This document shows, one piece after another, positions 9,105 through 17,571 of a DNA stretch of 51,912 nucleotides (within the stretch, counting starts at the first letter, position 1; each line of letters begins with the position of its first letter). Below the pieces are notes generated by a model. It had not been told where the DNA came from and searched no databases. It saw only the letters and a list, made by a program, of their open reading frames with translations. Made by a program: the position numbers and the translations under genes. Source of the DNA: a virus (taxonomy: Duplodnaviria; Caudoviricetes); the IMG/VR virus record IMGVR_UViG_3300026306_000001, positions 1 through 51,912 of that record, one strand, 5' to 3'.

Positions 9105-9560
9105 CTAAAATTGAAAGGTTAAGATTCTCAGCAAAGCCCGCCGCTTGATGTTCTTTTTCAACGCTGCAATCTCCCGGTCACGATCTCCTAACCGCGCTCG
9201 GCACTCGTCCAGTAACTGATTCAAGCGCGATGCCGCCGCTGTTCGCGTCTCCTTGTCAGCTTCGCTTTCTTTTTTTAAGGCCGCAAACCGAGAATCACTC
9301 CGAGCCTTAGACTCGGCAGATTCCCGGCGCAATGCCTCACTCTCCTGCTTCGCTGCGCGTAACTCAGATGCCAACTTCTCTTGTGAACTCTTTAGCTCGT
9401 CCGGTTGCTGAGCAAAGACGGTAAAGCAGATCAATCCGATGATCGACAACCAAACACACGAACTCAGAAAGCCGATCAATAGCCAATTCTGATTCTTCGT
9501 GCCCATGTTGTGGTAGTAATTCGCCTTCATCGCGTCACATCTGGCCCTGGCGTAAAGCAT
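9105..9560 (-). CDS. TM/signal-peptide coiled-coil protein (i-spanin-like)
   Basis: Hydrophobic segment ending VFA-QQ, then a long coiled coil; follows the holin; true start probably downstream of 9560. Confidence 0.5.
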   Translation of the reverse strand: MLYARARCDAMKANYYHNMGTKNQNWLLIGFLSSCVWLSIIGLICFTVFAQQPDELKSSQEKLASELRAAKQESEALRRESAESKARSDSRFAALKKESEADKETRTAAASRLNQLLDECRARLGDRDREIAALKKNIKRRALLRILTFQF

Positions 9561-9630
9561 CGCTCACAGAAATGGCTGGATCCGCGATTGAACCAAGCGC
9601 AATACCAGCATTGCCAGTCTCGGAATCTCA

Positions 9631-9945
9631 TCATTGCATCTTGGGTTGAGGCGGTATCATCGGCTGCTGACCCAGTTCTTTGCCCTCGACGTTCGTGACC
9701 GTCCCACTACTATCAACAGTCTTGGCTTGCGTCCCGGCGCCCGTAACGTTGGCATCCTTGGCGTTCAAGAAGCCCACAGCACCCGCAATCAAGCTCAGGT
9801 TCAGCATGATCATCTGGGCGTTATCAACGACCGCCAAGAAGTTTCTCGCCTTCCACGCCACCTCAACGTTTGCCGCCAAACCTGCGATCGCGATGATGGC
9901 TGCTGCGGTTGTTCTGTAATTGATTCCCAGTATCTTATTGAGCAT
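9631..9945 (-). CDS. holin
   Basis: 104 aa, two hydrophobic helices, NYRTT...AKDANVTG motif, GGAGG RBS, directly after the endolysin. Confidence 0.7.
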   Translation of the reverse strand: MLNKILGINYRTTAAAIIAIAGLAANVEVAWKARNFLAVVDNAQMIMLNLSLIAGAVGFLNAKDANVTGAGTQAKTVDSSGTVTNVEGKELGQQPMIPPQPKMQ

Positions 9946-9957
9946 AAGATTCCTCCC

Positions 9958-10590
9958 TTATATTTCGTTCGGATAGAGAGTCTTGTAAGTCGCCGGGCCA
10001 ACGGTCCCGTCGGCCTTCAACTTGTGGAATGCCTGCCACTCTCGGACGGCGAATAGTGTGTGATTACCAAACTTGCCATCAGGCTTGACGCCCAGCTTCA
10101 CTTGCAGCTCGGATACGTCCGGCCCTTCGTCACCGAATTTCAGCACCCGGCGAGCGGGTCTAGGTGCTGGCGCAGGAACTTCGCCGCCCAGACTCCACGG
10201 TGCCGTGTCGTCATACTTATGCGCGTCTGCGACAACGGAAATGTGGACATGATGCTCGTGAGCGTTGGGGCCTGTGTATTTACTCCAGCCTTGGGGTCGC
10301 TTTCCGGGAGCGGGAAACCAAATTCTGTGATTGAAAATAATGTACTTGATCCGCGAATCGTGCGAATCAATCAGTGCCTGGGACAGGGCATCCCCACCCA
10401 CCCCGTGAGCCGGATCGTTGGTTACATCAATGGCTGTCACCACCCCAGCGCTGTTGGGATTGTGGTCGCTCGCGCGGGAAGCGTGGGCCGCGTCGCCGAT
10501 CGAACCATCGGACTCACGGTTTCGATCAGGATGCGCGGCGTTTATTTGTGACCGCAGGGTTTCGAGCGATTTAGCGAGTCGCCAATTCAT
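9958..10590 (-). CDS. endolysin: Zn peptidase (M15-like) plus PG_binding_1 domain
   Basis: SDH...AID...HEHHVHIS Zn ligands; C-terminal LKFGDEGPDVSELQ...DGKFG...DGTVGPAT peptidoglycan-binding domain. Confidence 0.88.
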   Translation of the reverse strand: MNWRLAKSLETLRSQINAAHPDRNRESDGSIGDAAHASRASDHNPNSAGVVTAIDVTNDPAHGVGGDALSQALIDSHDSRIKYIIFNHRIWFPAPGKRPQGWSKYTGPNAHEHHVHISVVADAHKYDDTAPWSLGGEVPAPAPRPARRVLKFGDEGPDVSELQVKLGVKPDGKFGNHTLFAVREWQAFHKLKADGTVGPATYKTLYPNEI

Positions 10591-10599
10591 ATGGGCGTC

Positions 10600-10625
10600 A
10601 TCGTACCGTTGACAGAGGTTTTAAG
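10600..10625 (-). promoter_or_regulatory. candidate late promoter of the endolysin
   Basis: AAAAACCTCTGtcaaCGGTACGAT 9 nt before ATG 10590, just downstream of a terminator; shares AAACCTCTG with 44044..44071. Confidence 0.45.
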
Positions 10626-10631
10626 TTGGCG

Positions 10632-10666
10632 AAAACAAGAAAGCCGCCCCAATTAGAGCGGCCTTC
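10632..10666 (-). terminator. intrinsic terminator
   Basis: GAAGGCCGCTCT-AATT-GGGGCGGCTTTC stem followed by TTGTTTT, after the 10704..11027 ORF. Confidence 0.75.
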
Positions 10667-10703
10667 CCTGCTTTGACTGATTTTGCCCACACCGACTGCA
10701 ATC

Positions 10704-11027
10704 CTACAGCCGAGTGCCCGACCGACAGCGCGCCAACGGGCTCACAGTGAATTGATCCACCGCTCGCGTAGGGCTCAGCCTCCCTCGTGCCGTAGTTACG
10801 GTTTCGTCAAAAGTGTTCTGCGCGATAGAGAGATCGCGGGGCTCTTGGGTAAAGTTTTGGATCACGTCGTAGCCGGTCATCGCCGGAACGTTCGCCACGA
10901 TGGGCGTAACGCTCTCGACTGCAGCCTTAGACGTGAATGCCTTCTTAGCCGGTGCCGCTCTCGCGACAATGACAGCAATGCTGACCACGAAGGCGATGGT
11001 CATCAGCACGCTAACGATTCGTCTCAT
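10704..11027 (-). CDS. secreted/membrane-anchored hypothetical protein
   Basis: MRRIVSVLMTIAFVVSIAVIVARA signal-like N-terminus; AAGGAG RBS. Confidence 0.7.
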   Translation of the reverse strand: MRRIVSVLMTIAFVVSIAVIVARAAPAKKAFTSKAAVESVTPIVANVPAMTGYDVIQNFTQEPRDLSIAQNTFDETVTTARGRLSPTRAVDQFTVSPLARCRSGTRL

Positions 11028-11149
11028 ATGCTTCTCCTTTGCAAAGTGAATCAGTTGGTAAACTCTGAAATCGAAGTCAGGGCAGAGAATAACCGAGCCA
11101 GATCATTTAAGAAGTCATGCGTCCCAAGGTTTCTGAACGCGCCTTCCAG

Positions 11150-11210
11150 GTTGACCGTTTTGACCAACTTGTTGACCTAAACAGCCAACATCTTGACCAA
11201 AACGATCAAC
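11150..11210 (-). other. long RNA hairpin (18 bp + 8 bp stems) between the putative late regulator and the lysis module
   Basis: GUUGAUCGUUUUGGUCAA/UUGGUCAAAACGGUCAAC and UGUUGGCU/GGUCAACA pair completely using 5 G-U pairs, on the minus strand only. Confidence 0.65.
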
Positions 11211-11216
11211 TTCGGA

Positions 11217-12179
11217 TTATCTTTCAATCTTCGGCTGGTAGCTGTCAGCGTACGAAAGATCCCGCGGACGATATACCGCGTTCGTGGTACCGCTCGCGAT
11301 TTCACCTTTGTACTGTTTGTCCTCAATGATCTTTCTCTCTTTCAACAGAATGGCGATCATTGAGTTAACCTCGGCCATCGTGAACCGGCCCCGCTCGCAC
11401 ATTGCTGGCTTCGTGAAACACCCGGACTGGATCAAAGCGAACAGTCGTGCGCTCTTTTTCTCAGACCCGGAAGTTGCTTGCTGAAGTTCCCAATCCAACT
11501 CTTCAACATATTTGTTGACGTATTCAGTCTTCAGGTAAGAACTCTTTAGACGGCTCTCAAGCTCGCAAAGCATGGTTTGCATCAACACGATATCGGCAAT
11601 CAAGACCTCGGGATCCTCGGCTGTGTGAAGTTCATCGTCGATAAATTCTTCCGTCTCGACAGCTTCGTTCTGTTCTTCATCCTGAGGTTCATCAGGGACA
11701 AGGGCGAGGCGGCGCTTTGCTACACGGCTGCTGGGTTTCTTCGCCTGGAGCTTGACGTACCGCTCGAGCTCGCGCGTGGACATCTCCCGGTCATTCGCAA
11801 TCCGGATCACGTTGAGCGGGTCCGTCGACTGCGCGGCAACGTAGTGATGCCAGAATGACAAGTAAGCCATGCGGCCGCCATTCTTGAAGGCGCGGTATGT
11901 GTCTGCCAGGCCACGGACGTATCGGCCGGACTTCTTTACTTCATAGGCGAACGTCTCGATCGTCCGTTCCCCGTGCTTCGAAACGAGCGAGGCAGCGATC
12001 GCAGCCTGCGCCCATTGAAGCTGACTCTTTGGGCCCTCGATATCATTCCAACCACTGACGTGCGCTTCGAAGGTAGCGCCGTTGAATTCCGGTAACCCAT
12101 CTGACGAAACACCAAAGTCTGTCAGTTGAGGAACATCGGTTTGATAATCAATTTTGCGAACAGCAGATGACCGTTTCAT
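11217..12179 (-). CDS. putative DNA-binding regulator (LmbU-like LSFWHH motif); candidate late-gene regulator
   Basis: LSFWHHYVAA...MSTRELER motif, acidic linker and C-terminal winged-helix-like segment; sits at the lambda-Q position before lysis. Confidence 0.5.
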   Translation of the reverse strand: MKRSSAVRKIDYQTDVPQLTDFGVSSDGLPEFNGATFEAHVSGWNDIEGPKSQLQWAQAAIAASLVSKHGERTIETFAYEVKKSGRYVRGLADTYRAFKNGGRMAYLSFWHHYVAAQSTDPLNVIRIANDREMSTRELERYVKLQAKKPSSRVAKRRLALVPDEPQDEEQNEAVETEEFIDDELHTAEDPEVLIADIVLMQTMLCELESRLKSSYLKTEYVNKYVEELDWELQQATSGSEKKSARLFALIQSGCFTKPAMCERGRFTMAEVNSMIAILLKERKIIEDKQYKGEIASGTTNAVYRPRDLSYADSYQPKIER

Positions 12180-12475
12180 GATTTGATCTCCTTGACTTCT
12201 GGAATTCTGGCGTACCCGCGCCAGAGGTGGATAAGCTTTTTGACGTTACGAGGTGCGGGCAGTGACTGTAAGGCGTGTGATTGTTTTGCGTCAGGCCAGC
12301 GATTAGAGCAGAGGTAAATTAGAACGATGTCAGTTCGGCCAATTCCAACAATGTGGAAAGGGCCCAGCGCGGCCCCGCTACTTTCGTAGCCGGCCGCCAC
12401 TAATAGTTCAAGCGACTTTCTTTCAAGTCTTCTTAGAGAAACTGACAACGGCACTCCTGTTAATCGGCGCGGCAA
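12176..12475 (-). CDS. Hjc-like PD-(D/E)xK fold protein, apparently catalytically degenerate
   Basis: E...L...GY...GPFHIVGI...LIYLCSNRWP layout matches Hjc-type resolvases, but the D and Q/E-x-K positions are replaced. Confidence 0.45.
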   Translation of the reverse strand: MPRRLTGVPLSVSLRRLERKSLELLVAAGYESSGAALGPFHIVGIGRTDIVLIYLCSNRWPDAKQSHALQSLPAPRNVKKLIHLWRGYARIPEVKEIKS

Positions 12476-12499
12476 CGCCGGGAAATCAGACGTTGGGCT

Positions 12500-12784
12500 T
12501 CACGGTCGCTGCTTCCGCCATTCTTCAAACACCGTGAGATTTCGTTCCATCACCGGGGCGAAGGTATTCATAGCCTCCAATTGCTCTTCCGCTGTGATTC
12601 TAAATGCGCATAACGGACAGATAAGATCACGCGTAGGATTCACTGACACGCGCATTGCGGGGCTATCAAAAAGACGGTGACAATTCGGGCACTCGCCATC
12701 GTGCATCGCTCGAACAATCCGATGAATTGCCCTAGCAGTTTCAAAGTCCACGTCCAGTGCCAACTCTTGAGCTTTGGCTGTCAT
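12500..12784 (-). CDS. zinc-ribbon protein
   Basis: CPNC...CPLC motifs. Confidence 0.65.
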   Translation of the reverse strand: MTAKAQELALDVDFETARAIHRIVRAMHDGECPNCHRLFDSPAMRVSVNPTRDLICPLCAFRITAEEQLEAMNTFAPVMERNLTVFEEWRKQRP

Positions 12785-12890
12785 AGTTTCCCTTTCCGTC
12801 GCTGCTTGTCGTTATCTGCGCGGCCCTTCACAGCCTCTCTTATCGAGGTGCTTTCGCTTCGGCTCCAGACCGCGCAAATCTCTCGACCAT

Positions 12891-13430
12891 CTACCTTCGG
12901 ATCAACCCTTTCGCTTCTGAACTCTTAATCGTCTCCCACGGAGGCGGAGCGTCAACAATTTGTGGAGGCTCGGCCGCCGGTAGTCCACCGCCATGACGAA
13001 CGCGGCGGCCGTACTCAGCAATCAGCAGAGCATCTGCAATCGCATGAGTGATTTTCAGCTTCGGAAATAGCTGTTGAGCTTTGGCTTTTGAGACGTTCTT
13101 ATCGCCCTTCGTCATGCACCCCATTAGCTTTTGCCACTTCTGAGGCGTGACGTCTTCAAAGGGAATCCCAACAGTCGATAAGCAGCCGCGGAGAAAACCA
13201 TACGACTGGCCGAATTTGAAACTGGAGGAAACCCCTTGCTTCGGCATGCTGTGCACTCTCTCAATGAAAGCGTGGACCTCCTCGCCGGAGTCGAGATAGC
13301 ACTTCCAAAACAAATCCGAGATGTCGCGCTCTGTTAGCGAATCAAACTTGAATGCCGACGGTTCGGCGCCATCGACGGGTAAGATTGCAAGCCCGCCGCT
13401 CATGCCTGGATCGATACCGAGAATAATCAT
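12891..13430 (-). CDS. ruvC: RuvC-like Holliday junction resolvase
   Basis: ILGIDPG, FIERV, FKFG, VTPQKWQK and ADALLIA motifs. Confidence 0.85.
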   Translation of the reverse strand: MIILGIDPGMSGGLAILPVDGAEPSAFKFDSLTERDISDLFWKCYLDSGEEVHAFIERVHSMPKQGVSSSFKFGQSYGFLRGCLSTVGIPFEDVTPQKWQKLMGCMTKGDKNVSKAKAQQLFPKLKITHAIADALLIAEYGRRVRHGGGLPAAEPPQIVDAPPPWETIKSSEAKGLIRR

Positions 13431-15175
13431 TGGAACACCTCCCCAAGTCTGTAGGGATCCTGACCCGCAATGAAACTCAGGCTCAGAAGATTCTTAATCG
13501 CTTTGGGAAATGCGCTGGAGGTGAGCGAGCGGTTCGTCTCTCTGGCGATGTCTTCAGAGCCGAGTTCGCCGGCGCGCGCAATGGCTGCGAGCATTCCGCT
13601 CTCGTACGCGGGAAGTTTCTGAATCCAGTACTGCAGCGCGGCATCTCCGCTCGAGGGCGCCGGAACATAATCGCCTCCGAGATAGTCGCGGCCCGCGTCG
13701 CTGATAACCAATCCACCCGAACCATCCTCAGCCACTCCGGCTTCAACCAAGCGATTAGCCTTCTTGGGGTAGTTGCTGCTCTTGATTGAGAATCCAGAGA
13801 GCGCAAACAGTTGGGAACGTGTCGTTGGTACCGGTGACCGGTCGGCCAGCTTCCGAAGAAGGGTCAATTCAAACTTATCCAAGGCGCCGTTGCCGTTTGA
13901 GTGGGCGACGGTCGCGCGAATCGGTTGCGGGGCTATCGGGCGCGCCGGGACCGGCCGGGGCGTGACGGGTGCCACTGACGCCACCTTCTGAAATTCCTGA
14001 GCGTTGAGTTCTTTCCCCTCTGCGATCGCGGCGCGGATATCACCAACCACCTTTGCCCCGACCTCGAACTTGTCAACGATGGATTGAAGCCGGTTGATAG
14101 CCTGAACGGCCATGATTCGCTTTTCGACCACCTTTGTTTCGGTTCGCGTCGCACCTTTCGCTGCTTCCAGTTTGGCTTCGAGCTCGGCAATGCGCTTCGT
14201 ATCCTGCTCGCGCGGGACCGCGCCGCTCTTTGCTTGACGTAACTCGCGCCTGAGCTTCGCGATTTCAGCTTTCGCTTCATTCAAAGTGCGGATCTCAGCT
14301 TCCGCTTCCTGTTGAATGTCTTTTAGTTTGTCCGCTATTTGAATGACAACGTGACTGGCCTTGGGAGGGGTCAGGCTGTGACGGTCTCCAGGCTTCGGAA
14401 ATGACGTCTCCGCGTTCGCAACATGAAAGAGTTCGACGCCTTTGAAATCCACGTCAGGACCATAGGCAAAGAAGTTTTGCTTTTCGATATCTCGAAGTGT
14501 CAGCGCATCGCCGGGCTTCATTCCGAGATTTTTGGCCGCGCGGGTTTGGTCGACATCAAGAACAGTTCGACCGATGAAGATATTATTGGCATCAGCCGCG
14601 TTCTTGTGAAGCTTTGAAAGTCGCGTGGTTGCCAGCAGGCCGCCGAATCCTCGCTTACGGCCCCGGGTCATTAGGTCGATAACGGCCAGGGTTGCTTCTG
14701 ACTCGCCCATCCCTTTTTCGGGCGCAAACAGATGAGCTTCATCAATGGCAATCAAAGTGGGATGCCACAGCTTGCGCGGCAGTTCCATCAATGATTCGAG
14801 GAAGGCCTTTACCCAATCCTGTTGCGGCCCGGCTTTGAGGGATGAGAGATCAATAACCGCGGACGCTCCCAGTTCAATGAGCTTGCGGGCGAGTAGGCCC
14901 GCGGAACGAACATCGGCCGCAAGTTCACCTTGCTCGCCTACGAGAACAAGATCCACCTTTTCGCGGAGAGTGTAATATTCGCCTTCCTTGTCAATGATGA
15001 TTGTGGGAATGGTTGCCGCGACTTGTTCGGCAATCACCCTCAACAGTCCAGTCTTGCCACCCCCACTGTTAGCCTGGATCAACGCACGGCTGTAAATCAG
15101 AGACTGCGCGTCCAGCAGAACGGGGATCTCCCGTTCACCTTCCAGACGCGTTCCGATTCGTATTTGCTTCATCAA
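13427..15175 (-). CDS. HerA/FtsK-superfamily ATPase with coiled coil and two C-terminal winged-helix repeats
   Basis: ANSGGGKT, IIDKEGEY, IDEAH and GRKRG motifs. Confidence 0.82.
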   Translation of the reverse strand: MMKQIRIGTRLEGEREIPVLLDAQSLIYSRALIQANSGGGKTGLLRVIAEQVAATIPTIIIDKEGEYYTLREKVDLVLVGEQGELAADVRSAGLLARKLIELGASAVIDLSSLKAGPQQDWVKAFLESLMELPRKLWHPTLIAIDEAHLFAPEKGMGESEATLAVIDLMTRGRKRGFGGLLATTRLSKLHKNAADANNIFIGRTVLDVDQTRAAKNLGMKPGDALTLRDIEKQNFFAYGPDVDFKGVELFHVANAETSFPKPGDRHSLTPPKASHVVIQIADKLKDIQQEAEAEIRTLNEAKAEIAKLRRELRQAKSGAVPREQDTKRIAELEAKLEAAKGATRTETKVVEKRIMAVQAINRLQSIVDKFEVGAKVVGDIRAAIAEGKELNAQEFQKVASVAPVTPRPVPARPIAPQPIRATVAHSNGNGALDKFELTLLRKLADRSPVPTTRSQLFALSGFSIKSSNYPKKANRLVEAGVAEDGSGGLVISDAGRDYLGGDYVPAPSSGDAALQYWIQKLPAYESGMLAAIARAGELGSEDIARETNRSLTSSAFPKAIKNLLSLSFIAGQDPYRLGEVFQ

Positions 15176-15462
15176 GTCTATACTCCGGTTGCTTCAGTAA
15201 CCTCGTAACCATGAAAGGTCAGTCAGTTGACGCTGGCTGACCTTTCGCCATTTCACCATTGTGCATTCGTTGCGCATGGCACTTTCGACTAACGGCTTTT
15301 ATCGCTCTCTAATCTCATGGAGAGTCGCTGATTTCCTGCCCTATTCCGGCTAAACCGCCCTGCTGTGTAGCGTCCTATTCTCGTCTCATCTATCATTCTA
15401 TTGCGTTTCATTGAGCAATTGCGACCGTTTTGGGCACCCCAAGTGCATACCGGACGCTTGAA
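15176..15462. mobile_element. probable attP region
   Basis: About 290-bp non-coding gap right after the integrase stop, with an AT-rich periodic tract (CCTATTC twice) and a 14-bp hairpin; core not identifiable without the host sequence. Confidence 0.5.
15213..15246 (+). terminator. 14-bp stem-loop in the attP region
   Basis: GAAAGGTCAGTCAG-TTGACG-CTGGCTGACCTTTC; perfect with one G-U on the + strand, one C-A mismatch on the - strand; no strong U tract. Confidence 0.45.
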
Positions 15463-16653
15463 CTATTTTTTACCGCCCGCGGCACTCTGATTGCCAAACA
15501 TTTCTTCCCTTCTCTGCGCGGCCCCTTCTCGCATCGATTCCAGCACGTGCCCGTAGTTGTCCAGAGTGAACGCAACGCTCGCGTGACCCATGTCTGAGCT
15601 AACAGTTTTCAGGTCGATTCCGGCCAACAGTGAGAGCGTACAGAATGAGTGCCGCAGATCGTAGACTCGCATGTTTGGCAACTCAGCGGCGCGTAATAGC
15701 TTCTTGAAGTTGACCGCGATCGCATTGGTCAGAAGCGGCCCGCCCCCGGCGTTAGCGAAAACAAGATCGTGTTGCTCGTATGCTGACCCTGCGGCCATTC
15801 TTTCCTCAAGCTGGCGTCTGCGATGCTCGGACAGCTTTGTGACCAAAGATGCGGGCATGGCAACTTCACGCTTCGATCTACCTGTCTTTGGTGGCCCAAA
15901 CACCCAACCCTGAACGCCCCGTGCGATCACCACCTGACGCACCCTGACTCTCGCACCGGGTAAATCTAACGCCGACCAACAAAGCCCCTGCGCTTCCCCG
16001 GGTCGCAGCCCTGTCATCAGCAGAAGGTTGAACAGGACTCCCCAGCGGTCGGGCTTACAGTACGAAAGGAAGATGCGGGCCTGCTCTTGGGTGAACGTTT
16101 TCATTTCGTTCTTTTCCCACTTGGGCGCCACGGTGCCAGCCATCGGACTGAACGCGATCAATCGGAGACTCACGGCGTCTTTCAGCGCCATGCGGAAGAT
16201 GTTTCTCGCGTCCGAAACCGAATGCGCGGAGATTTTTTCCAAAAGTTGGCGTTGCCAGTTTTGAATGTCCAAAGGTTCAAGGCTTCGCAATCGACGCAAC
16301 CCAAACATCGGCCGAATGTATAGACGACAAGTGTTTGTGTAGGCGTGGAGCGTGTGATAGCCAACCCGCGTTTTCTTGTCCTCAAGCCAGCGATCCAGGT
16401 ATGCGTCCACAATCAACTCCAATGAATCTGCCGGCCGTCCCGATTCCTTTTCATGAATACGATCGCGTCGCCATTTGATCGCGTCAGCTTGAAGCAAGAA
16501 TGACTTCGAGGGATAGATTCGCTTCCCTGCTTTGTCGAGTCCTGCAAAATATCTTGCCTGCCAGCGTCCGCTCGAAAGTCTTTTTATGCCGTGCATCGTC
16601 TTCCCTCCGCGCGACAGAATAGACTTTGAATGTATTGACTTCAATGATTTCAT
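15463..16653 (-). CDS. int: tyrosine integrase
   Basis: Arm-binding N-terminus (GRWQARY), TGLRPGE, KT, YDLRHS, MGHASVAFTLDNYGH catalytic motifs. Confidence 0.95.
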   Translation of the reverse strand: MKSLKSIHSKSILSRGGKTMHGIKRLSSGRWQARYFAGLDKAGKRIYPSKSFLLQADAIKWRRDRIHEKESGRPADSLELIVDAYLDRWLEDKKTRVGYHTLHAYTNTCRLYIRPMFGLRRLRSLEPLDIQNWQRQLLEKISAHSVSDARNIFRMALKDAVSLRLIAFSPMAGTVAPKWEKNEMKTFTQEQARIFLSYCKPDRWGVLFNLLLMTGLRPGEAQGLCWSALDLPGARVRVRQVVIARGVQGWVFGPPKTGRSKREVAMPASLVTKLSEHRRRQLEERMAAGSAYEQHDLVFANAGGGPLLTNAIAVNFKKLLRAAELPNMRVYDLRHSFCTLSLLAGIDLKTVSSDMGHASVAFTLDNYGHVLESMREGAAQRREEMFGNQSAAGGKK

Positions 16654-16913
16654 GCTGCGACGTCTAACCGAGCAATACCGCCGGCGTCTTCAAACCGCAA
16701 AACTTCCTCAATCGCGAAGACGCGCTTCCGTTCCGAAAGTTGAATTGCGCGCAGCTGCCCACTCTGGACCAGACGAGTGATCGCGGACGTATCTGTGTGC
16801 CAGCGCTCCGCCAAATCTTCCGGCGTAAGTCGCTTTACCTGGCCGTTAATCGCCGCCACTTCTTCGCGAACGATTTCACGGATTCGCTGAACTAAGAGTT
16901 CGTCAAAGCTCAT
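16650..16913 (-). CDS. xis: excisionase-like HTH protein
   Basis: LTPEDLAERW...ITRLVQSGQLRAIQL; ATGA overlap with int. Confidence 0.75.
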   Translation of the reverse strand: MSFDELLVQRIREIVREEVAAINGQVKRLTPEDLAERWHTDTSAITRLVQSGQLRAIQLSERKRVFAIEEVLRFEDAGGIARLDVAA

Positions 16914-16918
16914 GAGTC

Positions 16919-17131
16919 TTAATTCTGCCTTTGGCTTGGCGAGAACAGTTTGACTGAATTCTCACGAAGCATCTGAAACTCTTCCTCCGACATGTGCATT
17001 ACGCCCAGACGGTTAATTTCGGTGGCTAAGTCCTCAATCTTGATCTGAATACCCGGAGCGCCGCACGATAGTCGATAGAGCACCAACAAGACTCGAATCG
17101 CTTTCTGTTCGCGCGTCAGTGCTTGAATCAT
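16919..17131 (-). CDS. hypothetical protein
   Basis: ATG 17131 is ATGA-coupled to the upstream ORF. Confidence 0.55.
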   Translation of the reverse strand: MIQALTREQKAIRVLLVLYRLSCGAPGIQIKIEDLATEINRLGVMHMSEEEFQMLRENSVKLFSPSQRQN

Positions 17132-17571
17132 GCAACCCTCGCTTCCCTGCTGTAATCCTCTGGCCACTGCCAGCCAGGCATCACGTCGGTAATGAACACT
17201 CTGTTTTGGCTTCGCTCAACGACCCGGCCGCCCTTGGTCCAGACTGTCGCGGGCAAAGATGCTTGACCACGAAGAAAGTCCGCACCCAGATCAACAAGCT
17301 TCCACTGACCACGGCCGACTTGAACGACAACTGAGAAGTAGCGCAGCTTCTGAAAGTTATTGAACTCCGCTCCGGCCGTCAGACCAATTTCACTGATTCG
17401 AATCGGCCCGCCGCCAGCTTGATGAAGTTTCCACAAAGCCGAGACGAGGCCTTTGCACATTCTGTGTGGGAATGTTCTGGTGAGACGCTGGCCACAGTGA
17501 GAACAGACGCCATCTTTGCTCCGGGAAAGGGGCTGAACGTTCGTCAGTAGCGATGGCTGTGTTGCGCTCAT
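17128..17571 (-). CDS. hypothetical protein (CxxC plus winged-helix-like)
   Basis: CSHCG, FQKLRYF...W.L...G.DF; TAATG-coupled start at 17571. Confidence 0.65.
   Translation of the reverse strand: MSATQPSLLTNVQPLSRSKDGVCSHCGQRLTRTFPHRMCKGLVSALWKLHQAGGGPIRISEIGLTAGAEFNNFQKLRYFSVVVQVGRGQWKLVDLGADFLRGQASLPATVWTKGGRVVERSQNRVFITDVMPGWQWPEDYSREARVA

Noticed and set aside
15176-15462. tRNA or tmRNA 3' fragment as the att core
   Set aside because: No T-arm GTTCRA or acceptor-stem/CCA arrangement recognisable on either strand; no tRNA gene seen elsewhere.
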